Assembly: GCA_013239625.1 (NCBI GenBank)
Contig: MU053557.1
Location: 131,063 to 195,062, forward strand
Source: Lama guanicoe
Lineage: Eukaryota
DNA length: 64,000 nt
Direction of reading: 5' to 3'
This document shows positions 63,040 to 64,000 of the stretch, piece by piece; positions within the stretch are counted from its first letter, which is position 1; the number at the start of each line of letters is the position of its first letter. Made by a program: the position numbers and the translations under genes. Under the pieces are notes generated by a model. That model searched no databases. It worked only from the letters and a program-made list of their open reading frames with translations, and was not told where the DNA came from.

Positions 63040-64000
63040 TTTTTAGCATCTTCATAGCTTTATTGCATAATTTAAATGCAATACATTCATCCATTTGAAC
63101 TATACAGTTCAGCGAGTTTTGGTACATATGCTCTGTCATGCAAACCACATTACCATATGCTCTAGAGTACTTGGATCACCTTAAAAAATTCTCATACCTT
63201 ATCGTGTTCAATCCCTACCCCAGTGCAACCATGCACCCCGTTTCTGCCCTGTAGTTTTACCTTTTCCAGAATTTACTATAAAGGGAATCCTATGGCATTT
63301 AGACTTTTGTGCACTACTTCCTTCAATTAGCATTATGTTTTTTATGTTCATCCATGTTATGTTTTTTATATTCATCCATGTTATTGTATCAGCAGTTTAT
63401 TTCTCCTTATTGTTAAGTAGTATTTCGTTGCCCAAGTATACCAAATTTTGTTAAGTCCATCCTCCAGTTGGTGGGCATCTGAGTTGTTTTCACCTTTTGG
63501 CTATTATGTGTAATGACTGCTATGAACATTGTGTACAAATCTCTGTGTGAACATATTTCATTTCTCTTACATAGATACTGAGCAGTGAAATTCATTGGTC
63601 ATATAGGAAGTATATGCTCAATTTTTTGAGAAACTGTCAAAGTGTTCTTCAAAGTAGCTGTACCATATTGTACTCCTATTAGTGATAAATGAGAGTTCCA
63701 GTTGCTCCACATACTTGTCAACACTTGGTATCATCAGATTCTTAAAAAAACAAATAAAAAATTTTGGCCATCCTAGTATATGGGTAGGCATATCTCATTG
63801 TAGTTTTGATAACCAGTGATATCGAGTATCATTACCTATTCCTGTTCATATATCTTCTCTTGCAAGTGTCCTTCAAATCATTTTCCTATTATTTACACAT
63901 ATGCCCATGTAAATTTTTTATTAGGTTGTTTGTTTTCTTACTGTTGAATTAAAAGAGTAGGTTAAATATGTTTTGGATCAAATCCTTTGTCAGACCCTGA
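63040..64000 (-). mobile_element. L1MB/MD-type 3' portion, running off the window end
   Basis: tatacagttcagcgagttttggtaca; ctgctatgaacattgtgtaca; gagagttccagttgctccacat. Confidence 0.85.

Noticed and set aside
1..64000. CRISPR arrays, operons or prokaryotic defence systems
   Set aside because: Mammalian repeat-rich DNA with no regularly spaced repeat-spacer structure and no long ORFs (maximum 163 aa, repeat-derived).

Overview
This window is mammalian non-coding DNA (intergenic or deep intronic), almost certainly from a camelid (alpaca, llama or camel). The species call rests on a tRNA-derived SINE of the camelid Vic-1 type and artiodactyl/camelid-type L1 3' ends. I find no supportable cellular CDS, rRNA, true tRNA gene or CRISPR array; the only ORFs with recognisable protein similarity are broken L1 ORF2 fragments. 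A large share of the window is transposon-derived: young and old L1, L2, MIR, CR1/L3, MaLR LTRs, and hAT and Tigger MITEs, plus microsatellites. Family names come from recalled consensus motifs rather than a database search, and boundaries are approximate unless a TSD or TIR is cited. The most notable observations concern retrotransposition mechanics: two L1 copies sharing a chimeric, ancient-type 3' tail; a poly(A)-only insertion with a perfect 17-bp TSD; a probable L1 3' transduction; and a twin-primed inverted L1. A few repeat-poor segments are candidate regulatory elements or cryptic exons. I cannot support a wholly new biological system from this sequence.
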